NCBI GenBank assembly: GCA_934130405.1
Contig: CAKOXX010000002.1
Coordinates: 28,100 to 92,099, forward strand
Length of the DNA: 64,000 bases
Direction of reading: 5' to 3'
From: an uncultured Bacilli bacterium
GTDB taxonomy: Bacteria; Bacillota_I; Bacilli_A; RF39; UBA660
The notes under the pieces were generated by a model. The model had not been told where the DNA came from. It saw only the letters and a list, made by a program, of their open reading frames with translations, and searched no databases. Position numbers and translations under genes: made by a program. Below are positions 49,013-60,404 of the stretch, piece after piece (the stretch's first letter is position 1; each line of letters opens with the position of its first letter).

Positions 49013-51124
49013 GTGAATGAAAAGATGAAAAGAGAACAAATAGAGAGAATATATATAATTATTTTACAAATATTACTAGCATATTTAAGTTCTGTTTATA
49101 TTGTAAATGATAATATAAATTTTTCAACAATCTTTAAAGTGGACTTTTTCCTCTTTTTACTACTTTTTCTTTTCTTTTTCTTTATTGCTTCTCACTTTAT
49201 GTTTGGTATCAAAAAAGTATATAATTTCTTGTATGAAAAAAGATATATAATTGCTTCCTTAATATTTGTAATATTAGTATTAGGAAAATTTAATGGAAGT
49301 AGTTATGGAATGTGGGATAATTATGTAGAACCAAATTATAAAGTTACTTCTTTTACTCCTTTAATCGGAAGTGCTAGGGGAATAAGAAGTGATGAATGGT
49401 TAGTAAATTCATCATATGTTTTATCTCAAACTAAAACAGGATATAATTATTTCAATCCAGTTATGCGGGCAACAGACACCGATGTTTTTGCTACTATTCC
49501 TGTTCCAGTCAAAAGTATCTTATGCATTGGAAAACCATTTTTAATAGGCTATTTATTCTTTGGCCGTGATTATGGTATGTCAATTTACTGGTATGGAAGA
49601 TTAATTGCTCTTTTTATGGTAAGTTTTGAATTTCTTTTACTACTTACCAAAAAGAATAAGATTGCTTCTTTAATTGGTACCTTACTAATCACTTTTTCCG
49701 CTCCCGTATTTTGGTGGTATTCAGCACAATTAGTAGAAATGTTAATTAGTGGTAGTTTATGTATAATTTTTTTCTATCATTTTTTAAATGCTAATTCGGA
49801 CAAAAAGAAAATCTTGTACTCCATACTTCTCATTCCCACATTCTTTAGTTATGTTGTAACACTATATCCTGCTTGGTTAGTTCCAATTAGTTATCTTTAC
49901 TTGATACTGGCTATCTATTTCTTTATCGAACATAAAGATAAACATAAATATAAAATCAAAAACTTATGGCCACTTGCTATTACAGTTTTTGGTATAATGT
50001 TATTATTTCTTTATTTCTTTTTCTTAAGTAAAGATACATTTAAACAATTAATGTCAACGGTATATCCAGGAGCTAGATTTATAGTAGGTGGTAAATCATT
50101 TGAAAACTTCTTAACATATGCAGCTAATATTTATTTTCCCTACTATGATGTTGGTAATCCTTGTGAATATAGTACCTTTTATTCATTTTTTCCTTTCTCA
50201 ATAATTATTGGTTCATATTATATTTTTAAGAAGAGAAAGAACTTAAAAAATGATGTTTTGATTGTTTCTATATTTTCATTAATAGTTGTTTATTTATTAT
50301 TTGCTTTTTTATCTTTTCCTAAAATCTTAGCTAAAATAACCTTATTATATATGGTTCCAGTAGAAAGATTAACAGTTATTATTTCTTATTTATGTGTTAT
50401 CTTAATGGTCTTACTATATGATAAAATGAAACTTACTGATAAAAAAGAAAAAATAATTTTTATAGTGATAGCTATTGTAAGTAGTTTGTTTAGTAGTATT
50501 ATAGCTCAAAAAATGTTACCAGATAATTATTTATCAAATACTAAAATGTTTGTTTCTTTTGCTATTTTAGCAGTTATAAGTATTTTATGGATAATTAAAA
50601 ATAAAAAAACTAGGACTTGTCTTTTAGTTCTTATCCTATTAATAACAACAGTATCAACTATTTCTGTAAATCCTCTAATGAAAGGCTTTTCTGGTGTATA
50701 TGAAAAACCTATTGCCAAAGAATTAAAGAAATATAAAAATAAAAATGCTAATTGGGTATCATTTGATTCATTTATAATTGCTAATTATTTAGGAACGCAA
50801 GGTTTAAAAGTTTTAAACAGTACCAACTTATATCCTAATATTAATTTGTGGAAGAAGATAGATTCAAGTGGAAAATACAGTGAAGTTTATAATAGATATG
50901 CTCATATAGATATGGAATTAGATTCAGAAAATACCGAATTTAAACTGTTGGCATCTGATCACTTTAAATTAAAAATTACTCCAAATGATTTGTGTAAACT
51001 AAAAGTTAAATATGCAACTTCACTAAAAGAACTAGACGATTACAATAATGATGATGTAACATTTACTTCTAAATATCATAAAGATAATATTTATATATAT
51101 AAAGTTAATTGTATGGGAGAGTAG
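49013..51124 (+). CDS. large polytopic membrane protein (703 aa), putative GT-C-type glycosyltransferase; paralog of 56660-58729
   Basis: more than 12 TM helices; shared GIRSDEW/Y motif and collinear architecture with the paralog. Confidence 0.45.
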   Translation: MNEKMKREQIERIYIIILQILLAYLSSVYIVNDNINFSTIFKVDFFLFLLLFLFFFFIASHFMFGIKKVYNFLYEKRYIIASLIFVILVLGKFNGSSYGMWDNYVEPNYKVTSFTPLIGSARGIRSDEWLVNSSYVLSQTKTGYNYFNPVMRATDTDVFATIPVPVKSILCIGKPFLIGYLFFGRDYGMSIYWYGRLIALFMVSFEFLLLLTKKNKIASLIGTLLITFSAPVFWWYSAQLVEMLISGSLCIIFFYHFLNANSDKKKILYSILLIPTFFSYVVTLYPAWLVPISYLYLILAIYFFIEHKDKHKYKIKNLWPLAITVFGIMLLFLYFFFLSKDTFKQLMSTVYPGARFIVGGKSFENFLTYAANIYFPYYDVGNPCEYSTFYSFFPFSIIIGSYYIFKKRKNLKNDVLIVSIFSLIVVYLLFAFLSFPKILAKITLLYMVPVERLTVIISYLCVILMVLLYDKMKLTDKKEKIIFIVIAIVSSLFSSIIAQKMLPDNYLSNTKMFVSFAILAVISILWIIKNKKTRTCLLVLILLITTVSTISVNPLMKGFSGVYEKPIAKELKKYKNKNANWVSFDSFIIANYLGTQGLKVLNSTNLYPNINLWKKIDSSGKYSEVYNRYAHIDMELDSENTEFKLLASDHFKLKITPNDLCKLKVKYATSLKELDDYNNDDVTFTSKYHKDNIYIYKVNCMGE

Positions 51125-51128
51125 TAAG

Positions 51129-51842
51129 ATGAAAGAAAAAGTATTATTAATTATTCCTGCTTATAATGAAGAGGATAACATTTTAAGAACTTGTAGAGAA
51201 ATAGACAAATATAATAAAGAAAATAAAAAGAAATATGATTATGTTGTCATAAATGATGGAAGTCGTGATAAAACAGGTGTTATTCTTGATGAAAATAATA
51301 TTAACCATATTGATTTAATTCATAATTTAGGAATAGGTGGTGCCGTACAAACTGGTTATAAATATGCCTATTATAACGATTATGATATAGCTGTTCAGTA
51401 TGATGGGGATGGTCAGCATGATGTTAATTATGTTGATAAGGTTATTAACCCTATAATTAAAAATAAAGCTGATTTTGTAATTGGAAGTCGTTTTGTTGGA
51501 GAAATTAGTAAATTTAAAACTACTGGTGCTAGACGAGCAGGCATAAAAGTTCTTTCCTTTTTTATTAGAATGGTTTCAGGCCTAAAAATTTATGATACAA
51601 CAAGTGGTTTTAGAGCTTGTAACAAAAGAATAATTAAGATTTTTGCTAATGAATATCCATTAGAATATCCTGAACCAATAACAACAGTAGAACTTGCTAA
51701 AAAGAAATTTAGAATATCAGAAGTAGCAGTTAATATGCGTGAAAGAACTGGTGGAAAGTCATCTATTCATACTTGGAAAAATGTCTATTACATGTTAAAT
51801 GTTTGTTTGTCAATTATTATTGCTGGAATTAGGAGGGATTAG
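51129..51842 (+). CDS. GtrB/CsbB-like GT2 polyprenyl-phosphate glycosyltransferase
   Basis: LLIIPAYNEEDNI ... VVINDGSRD and DGDGQHD motifs. Confidence 0.75.
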   Translation: MKEKVLLIIPAYNEEDNILRTCREIDKYNKENKKKYDYVVINDGSRDKTGVILDENNINHIDLIHNLGIGGAVQTGYKYAYYNDYDIAVQYDGDGQHDVNYVDKVINPIIKNKADFVIGSRFVGEISKFKTTGARRAGIKVLSFFIRMVSGLKIYDTTSGFRACNKRIIKIFANEYPLEYPEPITTVELAKKKFRISEVAVNMRERTGGKSSIHTWKNVYYMLNVCLSIIIAGIRRD

Positions 51843-51846
51843 TAAT

Positions 51847-52188
51847 ATGTCTAAGAGTTTGATATTAACTGTTTTGTTGTTTGCCTTTATTCTTTTATTT
51901 AGTGTTATTCATTTACTTAGAAAAGGACGAATTCCAGTAAAGTATGCCCTTGTTTGGATACTATCATCATTTGTTGTTGTAATAATATCTTGTATTCCTA
52001 ATTTAATGGAGTCACTTGCTAAATTTTTAGGTTTTGAATTATTATCTAATATGGTTCTTTGTATTTTCATCGGTCTATTATTATTCTTAACCTTGATACT
52101 TACTGTCATGGTAGCAGGTCAAAAGAAGAAAACAACATTATTGATTCAGGAATTGTCATTATTAAAAAAGAAAGTAGAGGATAAATGA
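51847..52188 (+). CDS. DUF2304-like small membrane protein
   Basis: three TM segments with an LLRKGRIPVKYALVWI loop; usual partner of GtrB-like GT2 genes; ATG 51847 with GGAGGG SD. Confidence 0.45.
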   Translation: MSKSLILTVLLFAFILLFSVIHLLRKGRIPVKYALVWILSSFVVVIISCIPNLMESLAKFLGFELLSNMVLCIFIGLLLFLTLILTVMVAGQKKKTTLLIQELSLLKKKVEDK

Positions 52189-52535
52189 TGAAATATTTAT
52201 TAACGGCAATTTATATACTTCTAACAACAGGTGGACTTTATTGTTTTAAACTAGGAGGGGATTCACTATCTTTATCTTTAAAAGGAGGAATATCTTTTAA
52301 GGTTGGTTTTGTTACTTTTTTAGGATTACTTCTATATATTGGAAGCTTTCTACTCTGGCAAAAACTTTTAGCTACTTATGATTTGAGTTACATAGTTCCA
52401 ATTACAACTGGAATAGTCCAAGTAATAGTGCTTATAATGGGATATTTTATTTTCAAAGAAAGTGTATCAGCTCTTAACTTTATGGGAATTATATTAGTAA
52501 TTATAGGAGTTATTTTAATCTCTATAAAACATTAG
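52185..52535 (+). CDS. small EamA/SMR-like four-TM protein (ArnE/ArnF-like candidate polyprenyl-P-sugar flippase subunit)
   Basis: 116 aa, four TM helices. Confidence 0.45.
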   Translation: MMKYLLTAIYILLTTGGLYCFKLGGDSLSLSLKGGISFKVGFVTFLGLLLYIGSFLLWQKLLATYDLSYIVPITTGIVQVIVLIMGYFIFKESVSALNFMGIILVIIGVILISIKH

Positions 52536-52550
52536 AAAGGAATAGTCAAT

Positions 52551-54440
52551 ATGTATTTAGTGTATAGTTTATTTTTATTACTTTCTTTATCCTACTTTAT
52601 AAAAATTAAGTTTAAGATTAATGAATATTATATTCCTCTTATAGTGCTATGTTCAATAGGAATAGAGTTGTTTCTCTTTGGTATAGTTGACCAAATGAAA
52701 ATAGGTTATTATTTGATAATATTATCTGGACTTTTAAGTTTTATTTATTTGATAAGTTTAGTTTTTAAAAGAAAACTGGTAATTAAAGACTTTGTATCAG
52801 CACCAATTTTCTTTTTTACCATTGCCGAAGTACTCTTATATATCGTACTTAGAAATACTCATTATAGTAATTGGGACGAATTTGCCCACTGGGGACCGAA
52901 CTTGAAAGCAATGGTACATTACGATTTATTATGGGCCAACAAGGTATGGACAGGTAATCATATTTCTTACCCACCATTTATTGGAATAATTGAATATTTC
53001 TTTTGTAGATTAAGTGGAGGCTTCAGTGAGAGCGTTTCCTATTTTGGAATCAATTCATTAATACTAGCAGCAGTTTTACCAATACTATCAAATTTCAGAA
53101 AGTCAAAGTTAATATTCTTAAATGGTTTATTAATTTACTTTACCATTTATGTTTTAATGAATGTGTTTGGTTTTTCTATTGCTAGTATCTACATTGATTT
53201 TGTTTTAGGTATTTTCTTCTTTACTGGTATGTATATAGCTAGTTTAAAAGATAGTAAAGAGAAAAAATTATTATTACCAATTATCTTATTTTGTTTACCA
53301 ATAATTAAAGATACGGGACTTATATTTTCTGCTATTATTCTTCTTCAACTAGGTATAAAGAAAGTTATCTGTGAAGTTATCAAAAAAAAGAAAATTGATA
53401 AAGAGATATTATTAACCACCTTATATTTAGTAGCATTGTTAGGAGTAGTTTTTAGTGGATATGGTCTTTGGAAAGTTTATTGTAATAGAAATAATGTTCA
53501 TGTTGATTTTCAACACGATGCTAATAATATAGAAACTTTAAATATAAAAGATTATTTAAAATCAGCAACTTATATAAAAGCTCCTATAGGTAAATTAAAG
53601 GATATTACTACAACGTTTTATACTGCTTTAAACGACAATAATAGTGGAGTTATCGGAAAGGGACTTGTTAGAAGTGCCATTGGTCTATTGATTGTATTTT
53701 TACTAATTTTGTTATTAGAATATAACAAAGCCAAAACAAAAGAAGAAAAAGAGAGAATAATTTCTATTATGATTTCTTATTCAATAGGATTTATTATATA
53801 TGTCTTATTTATGCTATGTATCTATTTATTTGCTTTGCCAGAACACGAAGGAAGGAACCTTGCTAGCTATTCAAGATATATGTCGACATTTTTTATCGCT
53901 GGTTTTATTTTCATATTAGCATATTTGACAGAGAAGAAAAACAAAACAGGCGTAATTGTATTATTATTAGTAGCTTTCTTATCAACTAACGTAATAAGTT
54001 ATCTAAATCCTATTCCTAATAAGCAAGTTATTATTCCTAATGAAATAATTAAAACAGGTGAATTTCTACAGGAAAAGCTAAAGGAAAATGAAAGAGTATA
54101 TGTAATTTATCAAAATACAGATGGTTATGATTTTAATCTTTTAAGGTTTCAAATCGCTCCTATTAGAACAAATCTATTATGGGAGTGGAGTTTAGGTAAA
54201 CCATATAGTGAAACGGATTATTTTACTTATAATATCAGTAAAGAAACTTGGGTGAAAAAACTAATAAAAGAAAATTATGATTATGTCTATTTTGCTAAAG
54301 TAGATGATCAGTTTATGAACAAATATGGTTCTTTATTTATAGATAAATCAAAAGAAGAATTACAAAACTCATTATATAAAGTGAAAAAAAATAAAAATCG
54401 TGTTATATTTAAGTATATAGATAAGGTAGAGGTGAAATAA
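52551..54440 (+). CDS. large polytopic membrane protein (629 aa), family unknown
   Basis: more than 10 TM helices; no motif recognised. Confidence 0.45.
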   Translation: MYLVYSLFLLLSLSYFIKIKFKINEYYIPLIVLCSIGIELFLFGIVDQMKIGYYLIILSGLLSFIYLISLVFKRKLVIKDFVSAPIFFFTIAEVLLYIVLRNTHYSNWDEFAHWGPNLKAMVHYDLLWANKVWTGNHISYPPFIGIIEYFFCRLSGGFSESVSYFGINSLILAAVLPILSNFRKSKLIFLNGLLIYFTIYVLMNVFGFSIASIYIDFVLGIFFFTGMYIASLKDSKEKKLLLPIILFCLPIIKDTGLIFSAIILLQLGIKKVICEVIKKKKIDKEILLTTLYLVALLGVVFSGYGLWKVYCNRNNVHVDFQHDANNIETLNIKDYLKSATYIKAPIGKLKDITTTFYTALNDNNSGVIGKGLVRSAIGLLIVFLLILLLEYNKAKTKEEKERIISIMISYSIGFIIYVLFMLCIYLFALPEHEGRNLASYSRYMSTFFIAGFIFILAYLTEKKNKTGVIVLLLVAFLSTNVISYLNPIPNKQVIIPNEIIKTGEFLQEKLKENERVYVIYQNTDGYDFNLLRFQIAPIRTNLLWEWSLGKPYSETDYFTYNISKETWVKKLIKENYDYVYFAKVDDQFMNKYGSLFIDKSKEELQNSLYKVKKNKNRVIFKYIDKVEVK

Positions 54441-55595
54441 GTGAAATATGATGCAATAGTAGTAGGAGCAGGTTTTGCTGGAAGTGTAATGGCAAGATGC
54501 TTTGCAGAAGATAATAAAAAGGTATTGGTTATTGATAAGCGTAGCCATATTGGTGGAAATATGTATGAGGAAACTAGGACAAATGGGGTAAGGGTTCATA
54601 CTTATGGTCCTCACATTTTTCATACTAACGACCAAGAGGTTTTTAACTATTTGAAAAAATATAGTGGCTTTTATTTTTACGAGCATAGAGTTATTGGTTT
54701 AATAGATGGAAAGTATGTTCCTATTCCTTTTAACTTTAAGTCACTAGAATTATTATTTAATGAAAAACAAAGTAGTATAATAAAAGAAAAATTATTAACT
54801 AGTTATCCAGATACAAAAAAAGTTTCTATTTTAGATTTGTTAGATAGTAGTGATGCAATAATTAAAAAATTTGGTGAATATGTTTATGAGAAAGTATTTG
54901 TTCATTATACTGCTAAACAATGGAATATTCCAATAGAAGAAGTAGATACTTCGGTAATAAATAGAGTACCTGTAATATTGGGATATGATGATAGATATTT
55001 TCAAGATAAATATCAGTTTATGCCTAAAAATGGTTATAATGAGATATTTAATAATCTATTAAATCATAATAATATAGAAGTAAAACTTAATAAAGATGCT
55101 AAAGATTTCTTAGAAATAAAAGATAATAAAATATATGTTGATGGTTTAGAATATAATGGAGAAGTTGTTTATAGTGGAGCACTTGATGAATTATTGAATT
55201 ATCAATATGGAGCATTACCATATCGTTCTTTAAATTTAGTATTTTCTGATTATAAGGAAAACTATTATCAGCCAAGTAGTGTGGTAAATTATCCAAATGA
55301 TGAGAAATTTACTAGAATTACCGAGTTTAAATATCTTTCTAATCAGATAGTTCAAGATAATACTACAATATTAAGAGAATATCCTCTTACATATGATTAT
55401 AAGGATAAAAATCATATTCCTTACTATGCTATTTTAAATGATGATAATAAAAAACTATATGAAAAATATTTTAATTTAGTAAAAGATATTAAAAACTTTC
55501 ATTTATGTGGACGCTTAGCAGAATATAAATATTATAATATGGATGCAGTTATAAAAAGAGCATTAGAATTATATAAAGAAATTAAAGGAGAATAG
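54441..55595 (+). CDS. glf: UDP-galactopyranose mutase
   Basis: GTG start with GAGGTG SD; N-terminal YDAIVVGAGFAGSV..VLVIDKRSHIGGN and GPHIFHTND. Confidence 0.9.
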   Translation: MKYDAIVVGAGFAGSVMARCFAEDNKKVLVIDKRSHIGGNMYEETRTNGVRVHTYGPHIFHTNDQEVFNYLKKYSGFYFYEHRVIGLIDGKYVPIPFNFKSLELLFNEKQSSIIKEKLLTSYPDTKKVSILDLLDSSDAIIKKFGEYVYEKVFVHYTAKQWNIPIEEVDTSVINRVPVILGYDDRYFQDKYQFMPKNGYNEIFNNLLNHNNIEVKLNKDAKDFLEIKDNKIYVDGLEYNGEVVYSGALDELLNYQYGALPYRSLNLVFSDYKENYYQPSSVVNYPNDEKFTRITEFKYLSNQIVQDNTTILREYPLTYDYKDKNHIPYYAILNDDNKKLYEKYFNLVKDIKNFHLCGRLAEYKYYNMDAVIKRALELYKEIKGE

Positions 55596-55599
55596 TAGT

Positions 55600-56640
55600 A
55601 TGGCACAAAAAAAATTAAGTATTATAGTACCTTGCTATAAAGTAGAAAAGTATTTACCAAGATGTCTTGATTCATTAGTTAATCAAACTCTTGAAGATAT
55701 AGAAATTATTTGTATTAATGATGGTTCACCTGATAATTGTTTAAAGATACTAAAAGAATATCAAAAGAAATATAAAGATAAAATAGTTATTATTGATAAG
55801 AAAAATGAAGGCGTTTGGCGTGGCAGAAAAGATGGTATTAAAAAAGCTACTGGTGAATTTATTGGTTTTGTAGATAGTGATGATTATGTAGATGTTACTT
55901 TTGCAAAGAAATTATATAGTAAAGCCAAAAAAGAAAATGCTGATATAGCAGTTTGTGGATTTGATAGAATTGATTTGGATACTGGAAAACGTTTTTCAAG
56001 AGAAATGTGCAAGAGTGAAGATAAGGTTATAGATATATTAAAAGATCCAGGACCTCTATTAGAAATGAATGGAGCACCTTGGAATAAGATATATAAAGCA
56101 AATTTATTAAAAGAACAAGCAGATTTAGAGCATCCTCCTCGAATATTAGATGATATGATGTTTTTACTACTTATTTATATAAATGCTAAAAAGGTAGTAT
56201 TTGTAAATGAAAGTTTAGTTTTTTATATGGTAAGACAAGGTTCAATCATAACATCTATTAAAAAAGAACAAGTTGAATCTACCTACCAAGCAATGATAGA
56301 AGTAAGAAAAGTATACGAAAATAGTGAAAATAGAGTAAGAATGTTGCCACTTTTAGATGCTATGGCTTTTCTACATTTAGGTGTTTCTTTAATGTTTAGA
56401 TTATCTTATGATAAAAATTGTAAGTTGAAAGAAGCAGTTAAAGAAAATAGTGAATTTTTAGATAATTATTTTCCAACTTGGCGATATACTAAATTTGTTA
56501 AGTTAGGATATGTTATTAAAAATCATGTTAATTTTAAACTTTGGATTATAAAGATAGTGTATAAGTTACATTTATTTAGAGCCTTCTTAGCAATTTATCG
56601 TTTTATGATAGATAAACTACATATTGATATTAAATGGTAG
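55600..56640 (+). CDS. glycosyltransferase family 2
   Basis: LSIIVPCYKVEKYLPRCLDSLVNQTLEDIEIICINDGSPD. Confidence 0.8.
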   Translation: MAQKKLSIIVPCYKVEKYLPRCLDSLVNQTLEDIEIICINDGSPDNCLKILKEYQKKYKDKIVIIDKKNEGVWRGRKDGIKKATGEFIGFVDSDDYVDVTFAKKLYSKAKKENADIAVCGFDRIDLDTGKRFSREMCKSEDKVIDILKDPGPLLEMNGAPWNKIYKANLLKEQADLEHPPRILDDMMFLLLIYINAKKVVFVNESLVFYMVRQGSIITSIKKEQVESTYQAMIEVRKVYENSENRVRMLPLLDAMAFLHLGVSLMFRLSYDKNCKLKEAVKENSEFLDNYFPTWRYTKFVKLGYVIKNHVNFKLWIIKIVYKLHLFRAFLAIYRFMIDKLHIDIKW

Positions 56641-56659
56641 TACTACTTTAGAGGTTTTT

Positions 56660-58729
56660 ATGTTAAAAAAATACAAAGAAATTGCTGAAGTATTGTTATC
56701 AATTATTTGTTATTATATAGCTTTATTACCAATATATTTAAAATATTCTCAAAAGTTAGTAGTAGTTTTATTAGGAATTATTGGTTCAATAGTTTTATTA
56801 GTTGATTTTTTTAATCACAAAAAGGTAAAGAAAGTTTGCAATTTTATTATAGATAAGAGATATTTTATTGCTACTATAGTTTTTATTATTTGTCTGGTTT
56901 TTAAGTTACATACATCATCAATTGGTTGTTATCACTACTTATTTAAAGATGAAGCTAATAAAGTTGAAGCTACTACCATATTGGGAATGAGTAGGGGAAT
57001 TCGCTCTGATGAATATATGGTTCACACACCCTATTACTTTTCTCAATATTATAATAATTATAAAAAAATTAGTAAGCAGATGAGCTTAACTGGTCAAGAT
57101 ATGATTATAGGTTATAATGCTCCTGTTAAAGATATTAGTTTATTAGCTAAACCATTAACTTGGGGTTATGTTCTATTAGGAAATGAATATGGTTTATCAT
57201 GGTATTTCTCTTTGAAAATAATTTTACTAATACTAATTTCGTATGAATTTGTAATGATACTCACCAAAAATAATAAGAAAGTATCTATTATGGGAACGTT
57301 ACTAATTTCTTATTCTCCAGCTATTCAGTGGTGGTTTGTGCCTCATATGGCCGATGTATTTTTATGGAGTATGGCCTTATGTGTTATTGCTTATCACTTT
57401 TTTACGACTAACAAAAGATGGCTTAAAAATCTTTTAACTATTATAGCTCCCTTAGTTTTATCTGTTTTCGTTTTAGCTTTATTCCCATCTTGTCAAATTC
57501 CCTTAGGAATTATTGCTTTTTGCTTATTTGTGGGAGCACTTGTTAGAGATAAAGAAAAGATAAATTTTGAGAAGAAAGATATATTTAGAATTTTATTTAT
57601 ATTCTTAGTAGCTATCATTATTTTAAGTTATAGCTTACTAACCTCTTTAGATGCTATTAAACTACTATATGATACTGTTTATCCAGGAAAAAGAGTTTCT
57701 CTAGGAGGGCAATATACCTTTAGAAATCTATTTACTAATTTAACAACTTTATTTTTACCATACAAAGAAAGTAATGTTTTAAATAATTGTGAAGTGAGTG
57801 ATTTCATTCATATTGTAATACCCTGTGTTATTATTTTCCCTTTTATATATAAAAGGTTAAAAGAAGAAAAAGATTCTAATTTAATTATTGGAAAGATTAT
57901 TTTTATATCTTTAATTATTGAAGTAGTATTTATGTTAGTTGGTTTCAATGAGTTACTTGCTAAATTAACTTTATTTTCTTATATAAATAGAATGGAACTA
58001 GTATATGGTTTTACATCGGTACTATTTTCTTTATGGACTATATCTATTCTATGGAAGTATAAAGATATTTTATCGATGAAAATTAAAATTTTTTCTATAT
58101 TGATATTTATAATTGGTTATTATTTAACTATTACACAGCAAAATATTGAGTATTTACCAATTTACGTGTACTTGCTTGAAATATTAGCTTTTTCAATTTT
58201 AGTTTTTTCGATTTATCAAATAAAGCAAAAAAATTCTATTCTAATACTATTTTTCATCTTAGTAGTGTCTTCTTTTACAATTAATCCTATTGCATATGGT
58301 ACGACTGCTATTACTGATTATGAATTAATATCAGCAGTAAAGAAGACAATCACTAAGAACAATCAATATGTTTTAGCAACTGATTCTTTGCAACTGCAAT
58401 CATTATTACTTGCTAATGGTCTAAAAACTATTAATGGTGTTAATTTTTATCCAGATTTAAAAAAATGGAAATTAATTGATCCTAAAGAAGAATATAAAGA
58501 TATTTATAATAGATATTATCATACTGAGGTAAGACTTACTGATAAAAAGACCAATTTTGAGTTAAAACAAGCAGATATGTTTATTTTAAATCTTAATATT
58601 TTAGATATTAAGAAATGGCCTGTTAAAACTATAGTTTCAGGAAAATCATATGATGATTTATTTAAACAAGCAAATATCAAGTTCCAAAAGAAAAAAAGTA
58701 TGGGTTATTTTATCTATATTTTAGAGTAA
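56660..58729 (+). CDS. large polytopic membrane protein, paralog of 49013-51124 (putative GT-C glycosyltransferase)
   Basis: ATG 56660 with AGAGG SD; GIRSDEYMVHTPYYFSQ versus GIRSDEWLVNSSYVLSQ in the paralog. Confidence 0.45.
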   Translation: MLKKYKEIAEVLLSIICYYIALLPIYLKYSQKLVVVLLGIIGSIVLLVDFFNHKKVKKVCNFIIDKRYFIATIVFIICLVFKLHTSSIGCYHYLFKDEANKVEATTILGMSRGIRSDEYMVHTPYYFSQYYNNYKKISKQMSLTGQDMIIGYNAPVKDISLLAKPLTWGYVLLGNEYGLSWYFSLKIILLILISYEFVMILTKNNKKVSIMGTLLISYSPAIQWWFVPHMADVFLWSMALCVIAYHFFTTNKRWLKNLLTIIAPLVLSVFVLALFPSCQIPLGIIAFCLFVGALVRDKEKINFEKKDIFRILFIFLVAIIILSYSLLTSLDAIKLLYDTVYPGKRVSLGGQYTFRNLFTNLTTLFLPYKESNVLNNCEVSDFIHIVIPCVIIFPFIYKRLKEEKDSNLIIGKIIFISLIIEVVFMLVGFNELLAKLTLFSYINRMELVYGFTSVLFSLWTISILWKYKDILSMKIKIFSILIFIIGYYLTITQQNIEYLPIYVYLLEILAFSILVFSIYQIKQKNSILILFFILVVSSFTINPIAYGTTAITDYELISAVKKTITKNNQYVLATDSLQLQSLLLANGLKTINGVNFYPDLKKWKLIDPKEEYKDIYNRYYHTEVRLTDKKTNFELKQADMFILNLNILDIKKWPVKTIVSGKSYDDLFKQANIKFQKKKSMGYFIYILE

Positions 58730-58755
58730 ATATTTAGAGTGAAAGGATAAAATAG

Positions 58756-60357
58756 ATGAAAAAAATAACCAAGGAAATATTTAAATTAAACTATATAAAT
58801 TTCTTTACATTGTTATTTTCAAGTTTTTTAGGAGCCATCTTAATATTTAGTAATAACTTTGTTTATAAGGATAATGTTTATGCTAAATATAGTGAAATTG
58901 TTATAAATAGCATTTCCTTTTGGGAAATAGTTTTGTTCTTAATTATTTCTATTATCATTTATATTTTGCTTAGTATAGTTAGCTTAACAATTTATGAAAA
59001 GCCTTATTTCTTTGAAAAGAGTACTAGAAAAATGTCACAGAGTAAATTTCTTACGCTTTTCTTACTATTTTTTCTAACTTGGTCAGTATATTTATTATCA
59101 TACTATCCAGGTGCAGTCTATTCTGATGCTTTTACTTCTATGACTCAAGCGTTATCTTTTAAAATAAATAATCATCATACTATACTTTATTCCTCTTATC
59201 TTTCTTTATTTGCTTATCTAGGTAAGTTTTTAAATAATTATAATATTGCTATTTTCATTTATATAATTATTCAATACTTATTTATGATATTTGTATTGGT
59301 AACTGTAATAAAGTGGTTATATAATAGGGGACTAAAGTTTAATTATGCCGTGTTTATATCAATAATATTTTTGTTTTGTCCTTTATTTCCTTACTATGCA
59401 ATAACTGTTTGGAAGGATACATTCTTTTCTTTATTCTTACTATTATATGTAATGTTTTTAATAGATTATTTGACTGGTAAAGTTGATTTGAAAAAAAGAA
59501 TAAATATTATTAAATTTCTTTTATTAAGTTTCTTTGTTTGTTTCTTACGAAACAATGGTATTTATATAGTATTATTTACATTACTTTGTATCCTTATGTT
59601 TGATATGAAAAGTATTAAGAAAAATAAACTTTTCTTAATAATTGATATTTCTTTTATAATATTTACTTTTATAATTCAAGGACCAATTTATAGTAAATTG
59701 AAATTAAGTACAGAATATGTAGAGAGAATTGCTATTCCAATGCAGCAAGTTGCAGCTATTGTTAGTAATGGTAAATATAGTACTGATGATGTAAAGACTA
59801 TTTCTAAGATTTGGGATTTAGAAGAAGTAAAGGAAAAATATACTCCATATTTAGCTGATACGATGAAGTGGTATATTACTAGTTTTGATGATAACTATTT
59901 AATAACTCATCGAAAAGAATTTATTATAGAGTGGCTTGGACTAATTAATAAAAATAAAGATATAGCTTTTAAGTCATATCTATTAGAGACACTTGGATTT
60001 TGGAATATTAGGTATGGTTCTAGTATTAGTTATATTCAAGATGGGGTGTGGCAAAATGACTATGGAGTTAGACAACAAGACTACTTTGAAAAAATATTTA
60101 ATTTTTCTTTTGCTAATATTGTAAGACCAGCTAGGTATATAAGTTCTGGATTATTCTTCTTTGTAATACTACTATTTGGTATCATTTCTTTTAGAAAAAA
60201 AGGTTTTAAAGGATTTGTTGCTTTTGCTCCGTTACTTGGAATATGGCTAACGGTAATGATAGCGACTCCAATAGCTTTTAGCTTACGTTATGTTTATATC
60301 TTTGTTTTATTTGTACCACTTAGTTTCCTAGTGCCAGAAATGTTAGATGATTATTAA
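58756..60357 (+). CDS. large polytopic membrane protein (533 aa), family unknown
   Basis: more than 10 TM helices. Confidence 0.45.
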   Translation: MKKITKEIFKLNYINFFTLLFSSFLGAILIFSNNFVYKDNVYAKYSEIVINSISFWEIVLFLIISIIIYILLSIVSLTIYEKPYFFEKSTRKMSQSKFLTLFLLFFLTWSVYLLSYYPGAVYSDAFTSMTQALSFKINNHHTILYSSYLSLFAYLGKFLNNYNIAIFIYIIIQYLFMIFVLVTVIKWLYNRGLKFNYAVFISIIFLFCPLFPYYAITVWKDTFFSLFLLLYVMFLIDYLTGKVDLKKRINIIKFLLLSFFVCFLRNNGIYIVLFTLLCILMFDMKSIKKNKLFLIIDISFIIFTFIIQGPIYSKLKLSTEYVERIAIPMQQVAAIVSNGKYSTDDVKTISKIWDLEEVKEKYTPYLADTMKWYITSFDDNYLITHRKEFIIEWLGLINKNKDIAFKSYLLETLGFWNIRYGSSISYIQDGVWQNDYGVRQQDYFEKIFNFSFANIVRPARYISSGLFFFVILLFGIISFRKKGFKGFVAFAPLLGIWLTVMIATPIAFSLRYVYIFVLFVPLSFLVPEMLDDY

Positions 60358-60404
60358 AATCTATGTTATAATTTAATTGTTATATTTTGTATGAGGAGTT
60401 TGTT

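Noticed and set aside
2210-55296. Numerous short ORFs inside or antisense to longer genes: track entries at 2210, 3172, 6454, 7565, 9289, 9926, 11594, 15716, 15879, 18344, 24031, 25441, 28261, 37980, 39203, 42262, 43969, 46819, 48851, 50527, 51909, 54372, 55099
   Set aside because: Shadow ORFs typical of AT-rich DNA (Leu/Ile/Phe/Lys-rich, no SD). Each overlaps a well-supported gene.
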